A stretch of 59,340 bases of DNA from a virus (IMGVR_UViG_3300031578_000034:1-59340); one strand, 5' to 3'. Positions 18,352 through 28,331 are shown, counted from the stretch's first letter. The notes: generated from the sequence alone by a model not told the origin. Numbers and translations: made by a program.

Positions 18352-20301
18352 CTACCTTGAAGATCTAATGTTATATTTAGAAACAATAATAATCTTTTTA
18401 GCAATAGCTTCCTTTAGTTTACGTTCAAATAGTGCTACAGCCTCGTTCATCTTACCTTGCGCCTCAAGCGCAGCTAAGTTTTTTATTATGTTAGGGTCTA
18501 GCTGCTTCAATTTCATGAGGTGATATCCAACAGATTCTGTATAGCCGCCACTGAACCCTTGAAAACGGAGCATCTCCGCCTTTTGGCCCACAACATCGGA
18601 TCCCTTGAGTCGATCTTTTAATTCTTGAGATAATGGCTTTGCGAAGCTTTGAAGCTGCGCAGCAGTAGCAGCAATTTGTTCTCGTCCAATCTCTTTACCG
18701 TGACTAACTAAGCCTTTACCAAGCAGTTCTATAGTATCGATTGGACTTAAAATAGCCTCTCCTGCCTCTTTAGCCTCACCCTTAGTCGGGAACCTCAAAT
18801 TAAGCGCTTTTATACCAGCGCCAATAACTTCTACAAGGGCCTCTATCCCCTCGGTTAAACGCAGAACTAGTGGACGAAGCTCATCATGAATATAGTTTTT
18901 TATTTTCTGCTCTAAAGATGTTAGATTTGTAGCAATACTAGATCCTGCTTTCAGTAATTTCTTTCGGAGATCTTGTGCGCGGGCCTCCAACGTCTCTCCA
19001 GATACACGCTGTTCCCTAATAGTAGTCATAACGTTTTGAAGATTCTTTTCATTGAACGCACCCTCTGTAAACGCATCAGACATTGCTTTCTGCATCTCTT
19101 TGGACGTAAATCCAAAGTTTTTAAGCAACTCGCGGACTACTATTTTTTGGGTATCACCAGTATATGCGGATGCTTTCTCATTGATAAAGCTAGCAAAGCG
19201 CTCAAACTGCTCTGGAACACCTAAAGATTCAAAGTCTAAAATTTTTCCGGCGATTGAGCTTCCTTCTCCTAGTGCAGCTTTCCAGCCGTCCTCTAATTCT
19301 GCGGAAAAACCAGCTACTGTTTTCGACAACTCTTGACGAAGAGCAACCGGCATTTGCCCAAGTCCAATGTCTGCTGCTTTTTTTATTAGCGTGTTGTACA
19401 GCGCAGTTGTGCCGAGCAAGTCAGTGTTATACGCCTTCCTCTTGTCAACAAGCTCTGTCCAAGTATTTACATACTCGCCCATGGACATCATTATGCCCTC
19501 GTCCCCAAGAGTCTTTGCCTCTTCCCGTAAGAGCACTAAATGATCTTGTGCAATGTCTGTTGCTAATCCGAAGCTATTAACGAGGCCCTGTAACTTTGAT
19601 ACTTGATCTGCTACAGATTGTCCCTGTGCGTACTGTATTCCAAGTAGTTCACTTGCGAGCCCATTCATATCTTTCTGTTCCATGCCCGCCTTAGCTAACG
19701 AGTTTAGATATTCTCCAATAGCGTCGTACGACAATTTGAAGTTACCGCGCAGTTCTCCCATTAAGCCCGTAGCGCTCTTTAGACTTTTGTTTTGGGTATC
19801 CCATTGGCCTTGTATTTGTTTAGACATGCCCGCAATACGATTAGACTCATTGTATATCTTCAGGAATAGGGCAAGAATACCAAGCAGGCTAAGCTGTACA
19901 CCTGTAACGCTTGAAGCTGCACTTTTTAGTGTAGTGTTGATCTTTTTAAAGCTATCTACAGTTTTACCAGAAGACTTGCTCGCCATTCCTGTAGCCTCTG
20001 CAACATCCTTTCTGTTCTTCGCCTCTTCAGCAGTTAGCGAAGTGATTTCCTTTTGCAACCGTTGTATTTCTTTTAAAGGTACACCTAGCTGGAACAGAAA
20101 CCTATTTAGCTCCTCTGCTGTATCGCGCTCCTCTGGCGATATAATCTTGTTCTTACCCAAGCTCTGCAGGTCTGTCATTATGTCTCGAATCTGAGCGATA
20201 TTCTGCATGGCACCCTCAGATTCTGATCTGGCAGTCTTTAAACTCTCTGTCCACGCGCCCACAGCGGCTACGTCAAGATTAAAATTTTCACCCTCTGCCA
20301 T
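18352..20301 (-). CDS. tape measure protein
   Basis: 649 aa, alpha-helical, Ala/Leu/Lys-rich; follows the tail chaperones. Confidence 0.8.
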   Translation of the reverse strand: MAEGENFNLDVAAVGAWTESLKTARSESEGAMQNIAQIRDIMTDLQSLGKNKIISPEERDTAEELNRFLFQLGVPLKEIQRLQKEITSLTAEEAKNRKDVAEATGMASKSSGKTVDSFKKINTTLKSAASSVTGVQLSLLGILALFLKIYNESNRIAGMSKQIQGQWDTQNKSLKSATGLMGELRGNFKLSYDAIGEYLNSLAKAGMEQKDMNGLASELLGIQYAQGQSVADQVSKLQGLVNSFGLATDIAQDHLVLLREEAKTLGDEGIMMSMGEYVNTWTELVDKRKAYNTDLLGTTALYNTLIKKAADIGLGQMPVALRQELSKTVAGFSAELEDGWKAALGEGSSIAGKILDFESLGVPEQFERFASFINEKASAYTGDTQKIVVRELLKNFGFTSKEMQKAMSDAFTEGAFNEKNLQNVMTTIREQRVSGETLEARAQDLRKKLLKAGSSIATNLTSLEQKIKNYIHDELRPLVLRLTEGIEALVEVIGAGIKALNLRFPTKGEAKEAGEAILSPIDTIELLGKGLVSHGKEIGREQIAATAAQLQSFAKPLSQELKDRLKGSDVVGQKAEMLRFQGFSGGYTESVGYHLMKLKQLDPNIIKNLAALEAQGKMNEAVALFERKLKEAIAKKIIIVSKYNIRSSR

Positions 20302-20759
20302 TATCCGAGATCCCCATCTTCATCCTCTGGAACAACATAGTCATGCGTTATAAATGATCCATCTGGTGCGCGTTCTACAAATGTGCGCTCTATTGGAACT
20401 GCACGCTTTTCATCTTGATAAAACTCGTGTATAGCATCACGCATGAATTTTGGAGACCGAAGCTCGCCAGTTTCTCTAGCGTAGGCTATTTGCTCCTGCT
20501 GTGCTGAGTTTTTTCTATCAAACCCGTCGTCATTATCAATTTCGTTCTCTGCAAAGTATGCTTCTGGGTTTATGTACATTTTTAATTGGTCTAATGCCGC
20601 TGTAGCTAAATTCATTATGCCACTCCTATCATCACCAATAGAAGATAGTAACACCAATTTTTGAACAAAGTTTAAGTCCCGAAATCGCTTATCGGTAGGT
20701 AGAACTTTGAAATATCGTATTATAGCTAAATTTAGCTGAAGAAGCTCAGATTTTTCTAT
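20301..20759 (-). CDS. tail assembly chaperone C-terminal extension (gpGT-like, -1 frame)
   Basis: Frame open from 20759 (IEKSELLQLNLAIIRYFKVLPTDKRFRDL...) through ORF 20301-20657; entered at an A9 slippery run. Confidence 0.75.
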   Translation of the reverse strand: MEKSELLQLNLAIIRYFKVLPTDKRFRDLNFVQKLVLLSSIGDDRSGIMNLATAALDQLKMYINPEAYFAENEIDNDDGFDRKNSAQQEQIAYARETGELRSPKFMRDAIHEFYQDEKRAVPIERTFVERAPDGSFITHDYVVPEDEDGDLG

Positions 20760-21259
20760 TTTTTTTTAAGGTTGGTTACAGTTTCTGTTACTGTGTTGCG
20801 AAAAGTTTCATACGCTTCCCACAAGGCGTCTATAACTGCAGGAGATTTTATCTTTTCTGTTAATATTATTTTTGCTTGGTCTAGGGGTGTGACGGCTTTA
20901 TCCTCTGGAAGACCTACGCGCTTTAGGTACTCTGCCTGATCGGACGCAGAGAGTAACAGGGGCATCCTATTGATAAACTGAATTGCCCGCGCGAGAGTTT
21001 CTAACCGCTCAGATATACGCTGTGCGAAAAGGCTTCCATGGCACCCAGCTGCTTCGTACACGGCCATAAGTTCACTAGGCGTAACAGTCCTAAAAACCAC
21101 GTTTACTTCAAAGTTATTTTCCTTATCCTCAAACACCGTAATCGGGTCTGACTTAGTAAATCCCAGAGTAAATATGTCCTCTAAAACAGATATGTCTCTC
21201 TGGTCTTTTAACGAAATAATTGGATCTGCGTTGGGGATAGCTGCAGGCTCGATAGTCAT
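20756..21259 (-). CDS. tail assembly chaperone (gpG-like)
   Basis: Between tube and tape measure; ends CTT AAA AAA AAA TAG. Confidence 0.8.
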   Translation of the reverse strand: MTIEPAAIPNADPIISLKDQRDISVLEDIFTLGFTKSDPITVFEDKENNFEVNVVFRTVTPSELMAVYEAAGCHGSLFAQRISERLETLARAIQFINRMPLLLSASDQAEYLKRVGLPEDKAVTPLDQAKIILTEKIKSPAVIDALWEAYETFRNTVTETVTNLKKK

Positions 21260-21294
21260 ATAGTTTTCCTTTTTCGTTTTCGCTAAGCGACTAA

Positions 21295-21762
21295 TTATCT
21301 ACGGCGACCACGTACAGTTCTAACTTCGAAAGCCATGGATTCAACTCTGCGTGTAGTACCGGTATCTGTGGTTTTGCTCCAGCTTGTAGCAACCGCATCC
21401 ACAAAAGTGAGCACACGCTGGCCGCCCCCCCGCTCTGGAGGAAGCTGCATAATCTCAGTAATGTTAACCGGGAAAGTAAAATCTTCTAGCGTATGGAGAG
21501 ACGCGCCGAATGCCTCTAAAAATGATTTCTCGTAATATTCAACTCTGTTGCAGGTAACTGTTGTATCTGTCCCGCCCCAGACGATTTCCTTTATTTCTGG
21601 ACCACGGGAAAATAAGACTTCGCGGATTTTTTCCACACCCTGCCTGTTTGAAGACGGGGCAAAACTTTCTAACGATCCAATCTCAACACCATTAATATGT
21701 ATCGAGTATGCATAAAATACAGAGTGCTGAGTATTAGGAACGGCTCTTTGTGGGTATGCCAT
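21295..21762 (-). CDS. tail tube protein
   Basis: 155 aa beta-rich protein immediately after the sheath. Confidence 0.8.
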   Translation of the reverse strand: MAYPQRAVPNTQHSVFYAYSIHINGVEIGSLESFAPSSNRQGVEKIREVLFSRGPEIKEIVWGGTDTTVTCNRVEYYEKSFLEAFGASLHTLEDFTFPVNITEIMQLPPERGGGQRVLTFVDAVATSWSKTTDTGTTRRVESMAFEVRTVRGRRR

Positions 21763-21773
21763 CTACGAACTCC

Positions 21774-23132
21774 TTACAAGCTCAATGCGAACGTGAACGT
21801 TACATCAATCCACTGTAAAGATGCCGCCGGCTTGACCTTACCAGTTACATTAACTTGGCGGATTTCTACGTCATCTTGAACTATAGAAAGGTTCTTATAA
21901 TCTGCTATGATTTCCTCTGACAGCAATGTCTGCATTATGTTTTCAGAGGAGTCTTCCATTGCAAGAATCAAATTCGTGGTAATTTTCTTATTTCTGTACA
22001 GTGGGTACAAACCCTCGCGCCAGAACTTTTTGATGTAGTCCTTTTCATCCTGGATACCGAGGTCTTCTGTTAGGGCAGACGTTGTGTCGGTTGTAATGGC
22101 TAGAACATTTCGAACCACTCCGCCGGCCTGATTTGCTGGCGAAACACCACGCTTAACCATGTAATCAAGCTCTTCTGGCGTAAACGTGTCAGAGAACGTA
22201 ATGTTTGGTATAATTTCGTCTGAAATTCCCAAGCCGATCTCTGTAGAGCAGATTTTTCCTGCCAATGCAGCAACGTAGAAACGCGTGTCAAACACGCCCG
22301 CGTGCCCAGCGGGAGTAGCTGCTCCTCCCGGCGTTGCAGGAACCACCATGCGCTCATGCCCGTAAGTCTGAGCAAAACTGGCATAGGTGTCATACGTGGT
22401 GCCGTTTGGCATTACTGCCATCGTTGTGCGCTCTTGCGCGCGTGCCGGTTGAGAGGCAATAACACTGTGGTTAAAGAAAATGTTTGCCGCTGTAGTAGTG
22501 TTTAACGTCCCCGACGACAACGGTACCAAGAACAGCTTATAACCAGTGATCTTATTTAGCAAAATACGCATTGCAATAAACGATGTTTCCAATTCGCTAT
22601 TGGTCGGATTCTCTGGATCTACCCATGCCGTAGGATTCAGCTGTGCAATAATGACTCCGCCAGCACCCGCGTTAATGCCCAAGGAACCTGAAACAGAGAC
22701 ATCGTTTATATTGCTATCAGTTTTAATCTGTGCTCCATGGTTTACGTATATCTTATTTTCATTCAAATACAAAATCGGCTCATACGCAGTAACTGATCGG
22801 GCCTCTGTAAAAGTTAAGTAATAGTTTTCTCCGGTTGTGGGGCCACTTCCACCGCCGAGCCATTGAACAGCACCAGCAGTTAGCTGGTAATCTGTTCCAG
22901 ATACATATTTGGCTACTCCAGGAAGATCGCCAACTGATACAATCTCATTAACTGAAGTAACTGTTGGGATTACGTCGCTTCCGCCAGCCCCACGAATCAT
23001 TTGGTAGTCAGAGACTAGCTTATATGGATCCCCAACACCAATGTAGACTGGATAGCGCTCAAACAGGGGCGGAGCAACTGTTCCAGTATCATTCTCAATC
23101 TCTATGATTAGACCAGGTACCCGTTTTGCCAT
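21774..23132 (-). CDS. tail sheath protein
   Basis: RVPGLIIE N-terminus; GVSP...AITT and VKPAASLQWIDVTF C-terminal sheath motifs. Confidence 0.85.
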   Translation of the reverse strand: MAKRVPGLIIEIENDTGTVAPPLFERYPVYIGVGDPYKLVSDYQMIRGAGGSDVIPTVTSVNEIVSVGDLPGVAKYVSGTDYQLTAGAVQWLGGGSGPTTGENYYLTFTEARSVTAYEPILYLNENKIYVNHGAQIKTDSNINDVSVSGSLGINAGAGGVIIAQLNPTAWVDPENPTNSELETSFIAMRILLNKITGYKLFLVPLSSGTLNTTTAANIFFNHSVIASQPARAQERTTMAVMPNGTTYDTYASFAQTYGHERMVVPATPGGAATPAGHAGVFDTRFYVAALAGKICSTEIGLGISDEIIPNITFSDTFTPEELDYMVKRGVSPANQAGGVVRNVLAITTDTTSALTEDLGIQDEKDYIKKFWREGLYPLYRNKKITTNLILAMEDSSENIMQTLLSEEIIADYKNLSIVQDDVEIRQVNVTGKVKPAASLQWIDVTFTFALSL

Positions 23133-23191
23133 TATACTCTCCGATTTTTAGTCACAGATGTGAGCATGCTGCACGCCCACTAACATTAGAT

Positions 23192-23224
23192 ATAATATAA
23201 TGATTCATCTAAAAATGTTTAACT
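23192..23224 (-). promoter_or_regulatory. candidate late promoter AGTTAAA-N20-TATTAT
   Basis: Motif copy upstream of the sheath gene. Confidence 0.65.
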
Positions 23225-23866
23225 GCCGTCATCAAAATCAAAGTCTGCTACAATGTCAGCCACAATAGCATTTAGTCTTGGGCCAGCTACCTCTTCTCGG
23301 TAGTCCCACTGCCCCATTAACTCAAAGCTTATAGAGGATGTGTATAATGGAAAGTCTATACCGGGCGCCGATACAGTAGACTCCCCACTCACACTTGGGT
23401 GTCTCGGAATCACAACGTTGTGCTGACCAAAAAATTCCTTTGCGTCAGGATGGACTAAGTACAAGCACACTGTATCGACTAAGTTATCTTTTTCTATTAT
23501 TGTTCTTGCCCGCACAGCGATATTTAACGCTACTGTGATATCTCCCCCATAGTGCCGCCACTGATCGCCTGCAGCAACCTCATCGTCTACATCCCCAATG
23601 AATTCCTTGGAAAACGATAGCGGCGTAAATGTTACGCGGCTTTCACTGATGAGAACAGCTGGAACGTATTGCTCGTGCCAGGAGAGTGTTCCGCCGACCC
23701 AAACACCGTACGTAGATTTATTAGTCAAATCTGTGAACTCAATGCGCTTTGTTCCGTCCGTAAGCAGCAGTTGCCCTTTTTCGGCAGCATAAAAGGTGGC
23801 CTTTAAATACGTAATAAGGTAGTTCTTAATGAACCTTGACCCTCTGTAGTACATCTGAAGTGGCAT
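23219..23866 (-). CDS. tail terminator / tail completion protein
   Basis: Position between neck and sheath; VPAVLI and IAVRART..EKDNLVD pattern. Confidence 0.6.
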   Translation of the reverse strand: MPLQMYYRGSRFIKNYLITYLKATFYAAEKGQLLLTDGTKRIEFTDLTNKSTYGVWVGGTLSWHEQYVPAVLISESRVTFTPLSFSKEFIGDVDDEVAAGDQWRHYGGDITVALNIAVRARTIIEKDNLVDTVCLYLVHPDAKEFFGQHNVVIPRHPSVSGESTVSAPGIDFPLYTSSISFELMGQWDYREEVAGPRLNAIVADIVADFDFDDGS

Positions 23867-23869
23867 AAT

Positions 23870-24781
23870 CTACCCCGTTACTATAGGAACTTGGTATATG
23901 CTAGACCGTGGATCCAGGTTGCTTAAATCAAAATGTTGACTGCATAAGACATCTTCAACGTATATTGGGGTGTAGTTTACAATCTGGTAACGTTCCCCAG
24001 TTGATGCTCGAACTACAACATCCCACTCATGCACCACAGGCGAGTAATTCGGAGGTGTCGTCCAATAAGACGTTTTAGATTCACGAATAAAACCACTGTC
24101 CGTAACCAGCAAGTCTGTTGCAGTTCCTGGAAATGCCAACAAAAACCTATGCGGAGTTCTTCGCATTCGAATAACAGCGTCTATGTCAAGCCACTGCTCA
24201 TAGCCAAACAAGGAATCGTAGAATCCTGGCTCATCCTCAACGTCAGGTTGCATCCTATCGAAATCGACCGCTGGAGAGATAGTTCCGTAGTTAAACGTTA
24301 CAACGTTAAACGCTGTAAATGGCGGCGTGTTGAACACCACGTACATTGCGTCCTCAATGGCATCACCATTATAGTCTATTTGGTTTCTAAATATATCAAA
24401 TGCAAACTCTTTTCGGTCGTCAACAAAAGAGTATTTATCTACAGCGGCTTCCCACACGTCTGTACTGCCACTAGCCTGTACAGTAGCTGTCAATGCAAAG
24501 ATGTCTGGATACTCATCTTGCTCGCTAACGCTCTGACGCCACAGTGGAAAGCGCAACATTCCAGTGTCTGGATCTACGTTATATGAATACGCAGATGCAG
24601 TCTGCGTTATAGTGCTCACTTTTCTATCTGAAAAGTGTCGCGTAGCAGAGGCGCTTGCCCCCCGCTTGAGCAAATAGCACGCCTCTCCTAATACCTCTAG
24701 TCCTGTGTGATTTTGCTTCACAGCAAAACTAAGTATATTATTGCTGCGGCGTATTCTATATGGGGGAGACCAACCGGGCAT
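23870..24781 (-). CDS. neck / head-closure protein
   Basis: GEACYLLKR and WT..P.VHEWDVVVR..GERYQI motifs; start 24781 supported by a GAGG RBS. Confidence 0.6.
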   Translation of the reverse strand: MPGWSPPYRIRRSNNILSFAVKQNHTGLEVLGEACYLLKRGASASATRHFSDRKVSTITQTASAYSYNVDPDTGMLRFPLWRQSVSEQDEYPDIFALTATVQASGSTDVWEAAVDKYSFVDDRKEFAFDIFRNQIDYNGDAIEDAMYVVFNTPPFTAFNVVTFNYGTISPAVDFDRMQPDVEDEPGFYDSLFGYEQWLDIDAVIRMRRTPHRFLLAFPGTATDLLVTDSGFIRESKTSYWTTPPNYSPVVHEWDVVVRASTGERYQIVNYTPIYVEDVLCSQHFDLSNLDPRSSIYQVPIVTG

Positions 24782-24839
24782 ACAAAAAACCTCGCAATCT
24801 TGTAACATTCTACAAGATCACAAGGATTTTTATTTAACT
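24782..24839 (-). promoter_or_regulatory. terminator-like hairpin enclosing the RBS, overlapped by candidate late promoter AGTTAAA-N20-TAGAAT
   Basis: 15-bp stem (with G-U pairs) plus U-tract directly before ATG 24781; -10 element at 24807-24812 lies at the loop. Confidence 0.65.
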
Positions 24840-24852
24840 TGTGACAGAAAAG

Positions 24853-25290
24853 CTAGTGAATGAGGCCAAATTCTAGGGGTCGCATGCTCCCATAATCCAA
24901 TGTAACTTCATTTGTTTCGTAATTTGGAGTGGCGCGCAGTTCAATGAGTATTATCCCATACATAAACTTTTTATCTGTTTTTTGTGCAAGTTGTGCGCGG
25001 TACTCGTCTGGAACAGGCATTTCTAAATATAACTGCATAACAAATATGCCAATACCAGATTTACAAAATGAATCTAGCATCTCGTACTTATATTTTCGCA
25101 CATTGTCAAATTGCTTAGGAGAAAGCATGTAGTATTCTGAAATAAGTCGCTCGCCAGACATTAAAAGAGCTTCGCAGTCTTCAGGGAATAGCTCTTTATG
25201 CGAAGCGATTGGGGCATCTGGAATCGCAGAAACGGAGCAAGAAACTGCGCTACACAGCAATAGTAGACTCAGGAATTTTAGGCGGACCAT
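24853..25290 (-). CDS. putative lipoprotein / exported protein
   Basis: MVRLKFLSLLLLCSAVSC signal peptide with lipobox-like AVSC. Confidence 0.6.
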   Translation of the reverse strand: MVRLKFLSLLLLCSAVSCSVSAIPDAPIASHKELFPEDCEALLMSGERLISEYYMLSPKQFDNVRKYKYEMLDSFCKSGIGIFVMQLYLEMPVPDEYRAQLAQKTDKKFMYGIILIELRATPNYETNEVTLDYGSMRPLEFGLIH

Positions 25291-25756
25291 ACCACATTAC
25301 CTCCCAGCATTCAGGGGCTTTAAATGTTAGTGCTGCACCACGCATCCTAGACAATACATATGCATCGTCATCAAACAACAAAATAGGTAAATTCATTGGT
25401 ATTTTTGGGCGAATAAGCCTGTTGAACGAATTAAATTTGTGGTCAGACGCTGGAGAATTCTGGCCTGTAGGGCGCATTATTAGCCGAGAGTACTCTACTT
25501 CTATATCGAACGCTTTCTCTAGCCAGAAACTCGTTACGTCCCTAAGATAGTCTTCCCTGCTAGTTAAAAAGAAAAAATCGGCACATGTATCTAATAGATA
25601 TTTAAGCGGTTTTTCAGCAGCTACAATTTTTTTGTCTTTGCTAACTTCATCCACAGACAAAAACGCAGCCCAATCTGGCGGGTCCTTTTTAACGTAGTGG
25701 AGCCTGTGTTCGGGATCGGCTATAGTAGAGTCTATGTCACATACGACAACGTACAT
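25250..25756 (-). CDS. HAD-family phosphatase (polynucleotide kinase 3'-phosphatase-like)
   Basis: CDIDSTI motif I, LTSR, LIMRP...D..K and FDD motifs. Confidence 0.85.
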   Translation of the reverse strand: MYVVVCDIDSTIADPEHRLHYVKKDPPDWAAFLSVDEVSKDKKIVAAEKPLKYLLDTCADFFFLTSREDYLRDVTSFWLEKAFDIEVEYSRLIMRPTGQNSPASDHKFNSFNRLIRPKIPMNLPILLFDDDAYVLSRMRGAALTFKAPECWEVMWYGPPKIPESTIAV

Positions 25757-25774
25757 ACAAACATTATACAAGAA

Positions 25775-25951
25775 CTAGATTTGCTCAATGTGCACAATAG
25801 ATTTTTTTTGTATAAGTTTTATCTTAAACACCCCACCTATGTTGCTTTTTATTTCTAAAAAGTCCCGATCAAATGAAACCAGTATACCAACTACACACTC
25901 TTTGTCACACAGTTTAATTTGCAGGACTTTTCCCTTTAGGCCCTCTAGCAC
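25775..25951 (-). CDS. small Sm/Hfq-like protein (58 aa, absent from ORF track)
   Basis: Own translation: MLEGLKGKVLQIKLCDKECVVGILVSFDRDFLEIKSNIGGVFKIKLIQKKSIVHIEQI; GGAG RBS 6 nt before GTG; fills the intergenic gap. Confidence 0.6.
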   Translation of the reverse strand: MLEGLKGKVLQIKLCDKECVVGILVSFDRDFLEIKSNIGGVFKIKLIQKKSIVHIEQI

Positions 25952-25993
25952 CAAAGACTCCTTAGAATGTAAACGTTTTGAGAAAAAGTATAA

Positions 25994-26857
25994 CTATTGG
26001 TATGCTGCGCTTAATAGTCTGCTCCAGAAACCGGCCGGCATCGCGTTGAGCACCCTCGCTGCCCGTACGCCTCCGGGCATCCATTGATACATAACGAGCC
26101 CTTTAGAGCGGAACTGTTGTTTAAATTTAATTACCAATGTGTTAAAGCGGTTGAGGATATTACTAATCATAGTTGATAGCTTGCTAAAGTGATCGATAAC
26201 TAGCGAGTTTCCGCCTAAGCTGTAACTAAAATCTGTGTCAATAGCAAAAATACCCTGAGACTCAAGGGCCGCAATAGTAGCTGCGTCTATTAGGATAGAC
26301 CCATATTGGTCAAATGGAAATGTCGATACTGAAAATCCTGTATAAGGAGGAATGGCATTTATTATCTGTGCCCCACGTTCTAGATAGAAGATAAGATTTT
26401 TGTCGTCATATCCAAAGAAGAACTGAATGCTAGGTTCTCCAGTCGGTTTATCAATATTTTGTATGTCATCTTTTATACTCTTACGGGCTTTATCAACCTG
26501 TAGTCGGAGCGCTGCGGCATATGCAAACTGGCGCACAGGAACAGACTTCACATAAATACTTTGGTGAATCCGCTCATCAGACAGTGCACAGTTGAAATCA
26601 AGAACGTATTCGGAGTTGTATGTAGAAGCGTCAAACGTATACTGATAAACTCCAGTAGACGGATGCGCTACTACACCTCCTCCTGCGGCTGTAAAACTTT
26701 GAGTCACAACATTCACATCGTCGGAAACGCGTGCCATATTGAACGTGCTTGTAGACGCAACATCTGTAAGAACGCCTGTTGCGGGATCGCGCACGAATAC
26801 AGTTAGCGGCTCTGTTTGGTTAGCACGAACAATATCAAAATCGGTAAATGATTGCAT
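25994..26857 (-). CDS. head-tail adaptor protein
   Basis: N-terminal Ig-like domain (STGVYQY); INAIPPYT...FSYSLGGNSLVID adaptor-like C-terminal half; gene order. Confidence 0.65.
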   Translation of the reverse strand: MQSFTDFDIVRANQTEPLTVFVRDPATGVLTDVASTSTFNMARVSDDVNVVTQSFTAAGGGVVAHPSTGVYQYTFDASTYNSEYVLDFNCALSDERIHQSIYVKSVPVRQFAYAAALRLQVDKARKSIKDDIQNIDKPTGEPSIQFFFGYDDKNLIFYLERGAQIINAIPPYTGFSVSTFPFDQYGSILIDAATIAALESQGIFAIDTDFSYSLGGNSLVIDHFSKLSTMISNILNRFNTLVIKFKQQFRSKGLVMYQWMPGGVRAARVLNAMPAGFWSRLLSAAYQ

Positions 26858-26865
26858 TTACTAAC

Positions 26866-27120
26866 TCATCCAGATTTCTGTTGTTTAGAACTGTACACTA
26901 AGCGCTTTAGGTCTCTAACAGCGGCATCAAATATTACAATATCGGAGTTCACCAGATCGACCTGCAGCTGTTCTATATTATTGGGCTGCACAAATATGAA
27001 TTTAAAACTGTCTCCCAACTTCTTAGCCCGCAGTAGTGTACACCCGCGCATCTTTAGATAGGCTGCTAGCGTCATGTCATTTGTTACAAATTCTTTATAT
27101 TGTGTAACTGCGTCTGACAT
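26866..27120 (-). CDS. DUF5659-like small protein
   Basis: FVTNDMTLAAYLKMRG...FIF pattern recalled for this family. Confidence 0.55.
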   Translation of the reverse strand: MSDAVTQYKEFVTNDMTLAAYLKMRGCTLLRAKKLGDSFKFIFVQPNNIEQLQVDLVNSDIVIFDAAVRDLKRLVYSSKQQKSG

Positions 27121-27144
27121 AGGGGAACTCTTTTCGGAAATATG

Positions 27145-27864
27145 TTAGGCTAAAGTCAAATTCCACTTATCAAGCACGTACCCGCATATGCCATTAGTAT
27201 CTTCAACAGCAATAATATTTTTGCCATTGTACACGAGTGCCCCAACTACTGTAAATGTCTCTCCTGGCCAAAGCTCATGCGCCACAACAGTGCCTGGTGC
27301 TAGGTCTCCAAGGATGTCTATGCCGGCAGCGACCTCTAACTTATAGGCGCGATCATTGAGCTTAGAGGCTATACTCTTAAACTCCTTCGCCCCAGGAGCC
27401 TTCGCTAGTAAGAACTCGCTGTACAAGTCAGATCCAAAATCTCTAATTCTAGAGTTCAGGTATTTTATCGCAACTACAGGATCATCTATTACAGACGCTC
27501 TTTGCAGCATAGCAATAAAAGAGTTTTCTGTCATCCCAAGCAGCGTGTACCAATTTCTTTCTTTTGGTTCCTTAACGTGTGCGTCCGCTATTTTTTCTGT
27601 AAACTTATCAAACGTAGCGCTTGCGGCATGTCTAGACAGTGGATCACTTGGGTACAAGTCAAATAAGAAACGGTGCAAAGTTTCACACCACTCCTCTGGT
27701 GCTTCCACGCCAGACTTCTTTGCAAACTCCGTGATTTTATCCTGATCTCCGTCCATACCTTTCCAAAACTCTTTCCATTGCGACTTCTGAGCTTCTACAA
27801 AGGTATACAAGCTGCGCGGAGGCTGCTTTCGATCTTTGTTCTGTGCGGTTAATACCATAGGCAT
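27145..27864 (-). CDS. hypothetical protein
   Basis: 239 aa ORF in the operon; no recognised motif. Confidence 0.6.
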   Translation of the reverse strand: MPMVLTAQNKDRKQPPRSLYTFVEAQKSQWKEFWKGMDGDQDKITEFAKKSGVEAPEEWCETLHRFLFDLYPSDPLSRHAASATFDKFTEKIADAHVKEPKERNWYTLLGMTENSFIAMLQRASVIDDPVVAIKYLNSRIRDFGSDLYSEFLLAKAPGAKEFKSIASKLNDRAYKLEVAAGIDILGDLAPGTVVAHELWPGETFTVVGALVYNGKNIIAVEDTNGICGYVLDKWNLTLA

Positions 27865-27879
27865 AGTCTACGCCCCCAA

Positions 27880-28311
27880 TCAATCGCCATTCGGTGAAGC
27901 TCGCATACTATCGAACTCTTCGCAGCAGGCGTACACGGAAAAAGTCTGGTCTACAGCAGCATTATTTTGTAGATTTAATACCATTTTAATTGGCCGTAAT
28001 ATTTTATTTGCTTGTGCAAATGACGGTATGACGTTTCCTCCCAGCGTAGGTGGAAAAATTACGTCTTTGTAGTTCATTACGGCAATAACTTTATCTGTGG
28101 CATCCGGAAAAGAATGGGCCTCTAAGGTTTCACCATCTAAAGTAACTGTTGCCACATACTGCGCAGTAGACCCACCAATAGGCACAACAAACAGCGTTAG
28201 ATTTTTTATAGCGCTCGATGATTGAATAACAGGATCTACCTCGGCAATTCCGCCACTTGCAGAGACAGTGACTGTTTTTACAAGCACAACAGCAGAAGTT
28301 GACGCAGCCAT
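27880..28311 (-). CDS. hypothetical beta-rich virion protein
   Basis: 143 aa; GAGG RBS. Confidence 0.6.
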   Translation of the reverse strand: MAASTSAVVLVKTVTVSASGGIAEVDPVIQSSSAIKNLTLFVVPIGGSTAQYVATVTLDGETLEAHSFPDATDKVIAVMNYKDVIFPPTLGGNVIPSFAQANKILRPIKMVLNLQNNAAVDQTFSVYACCEEFDSMRASPNGD

Positions 28312-28331
28312 GATTAACCCCTCATCGGTAT

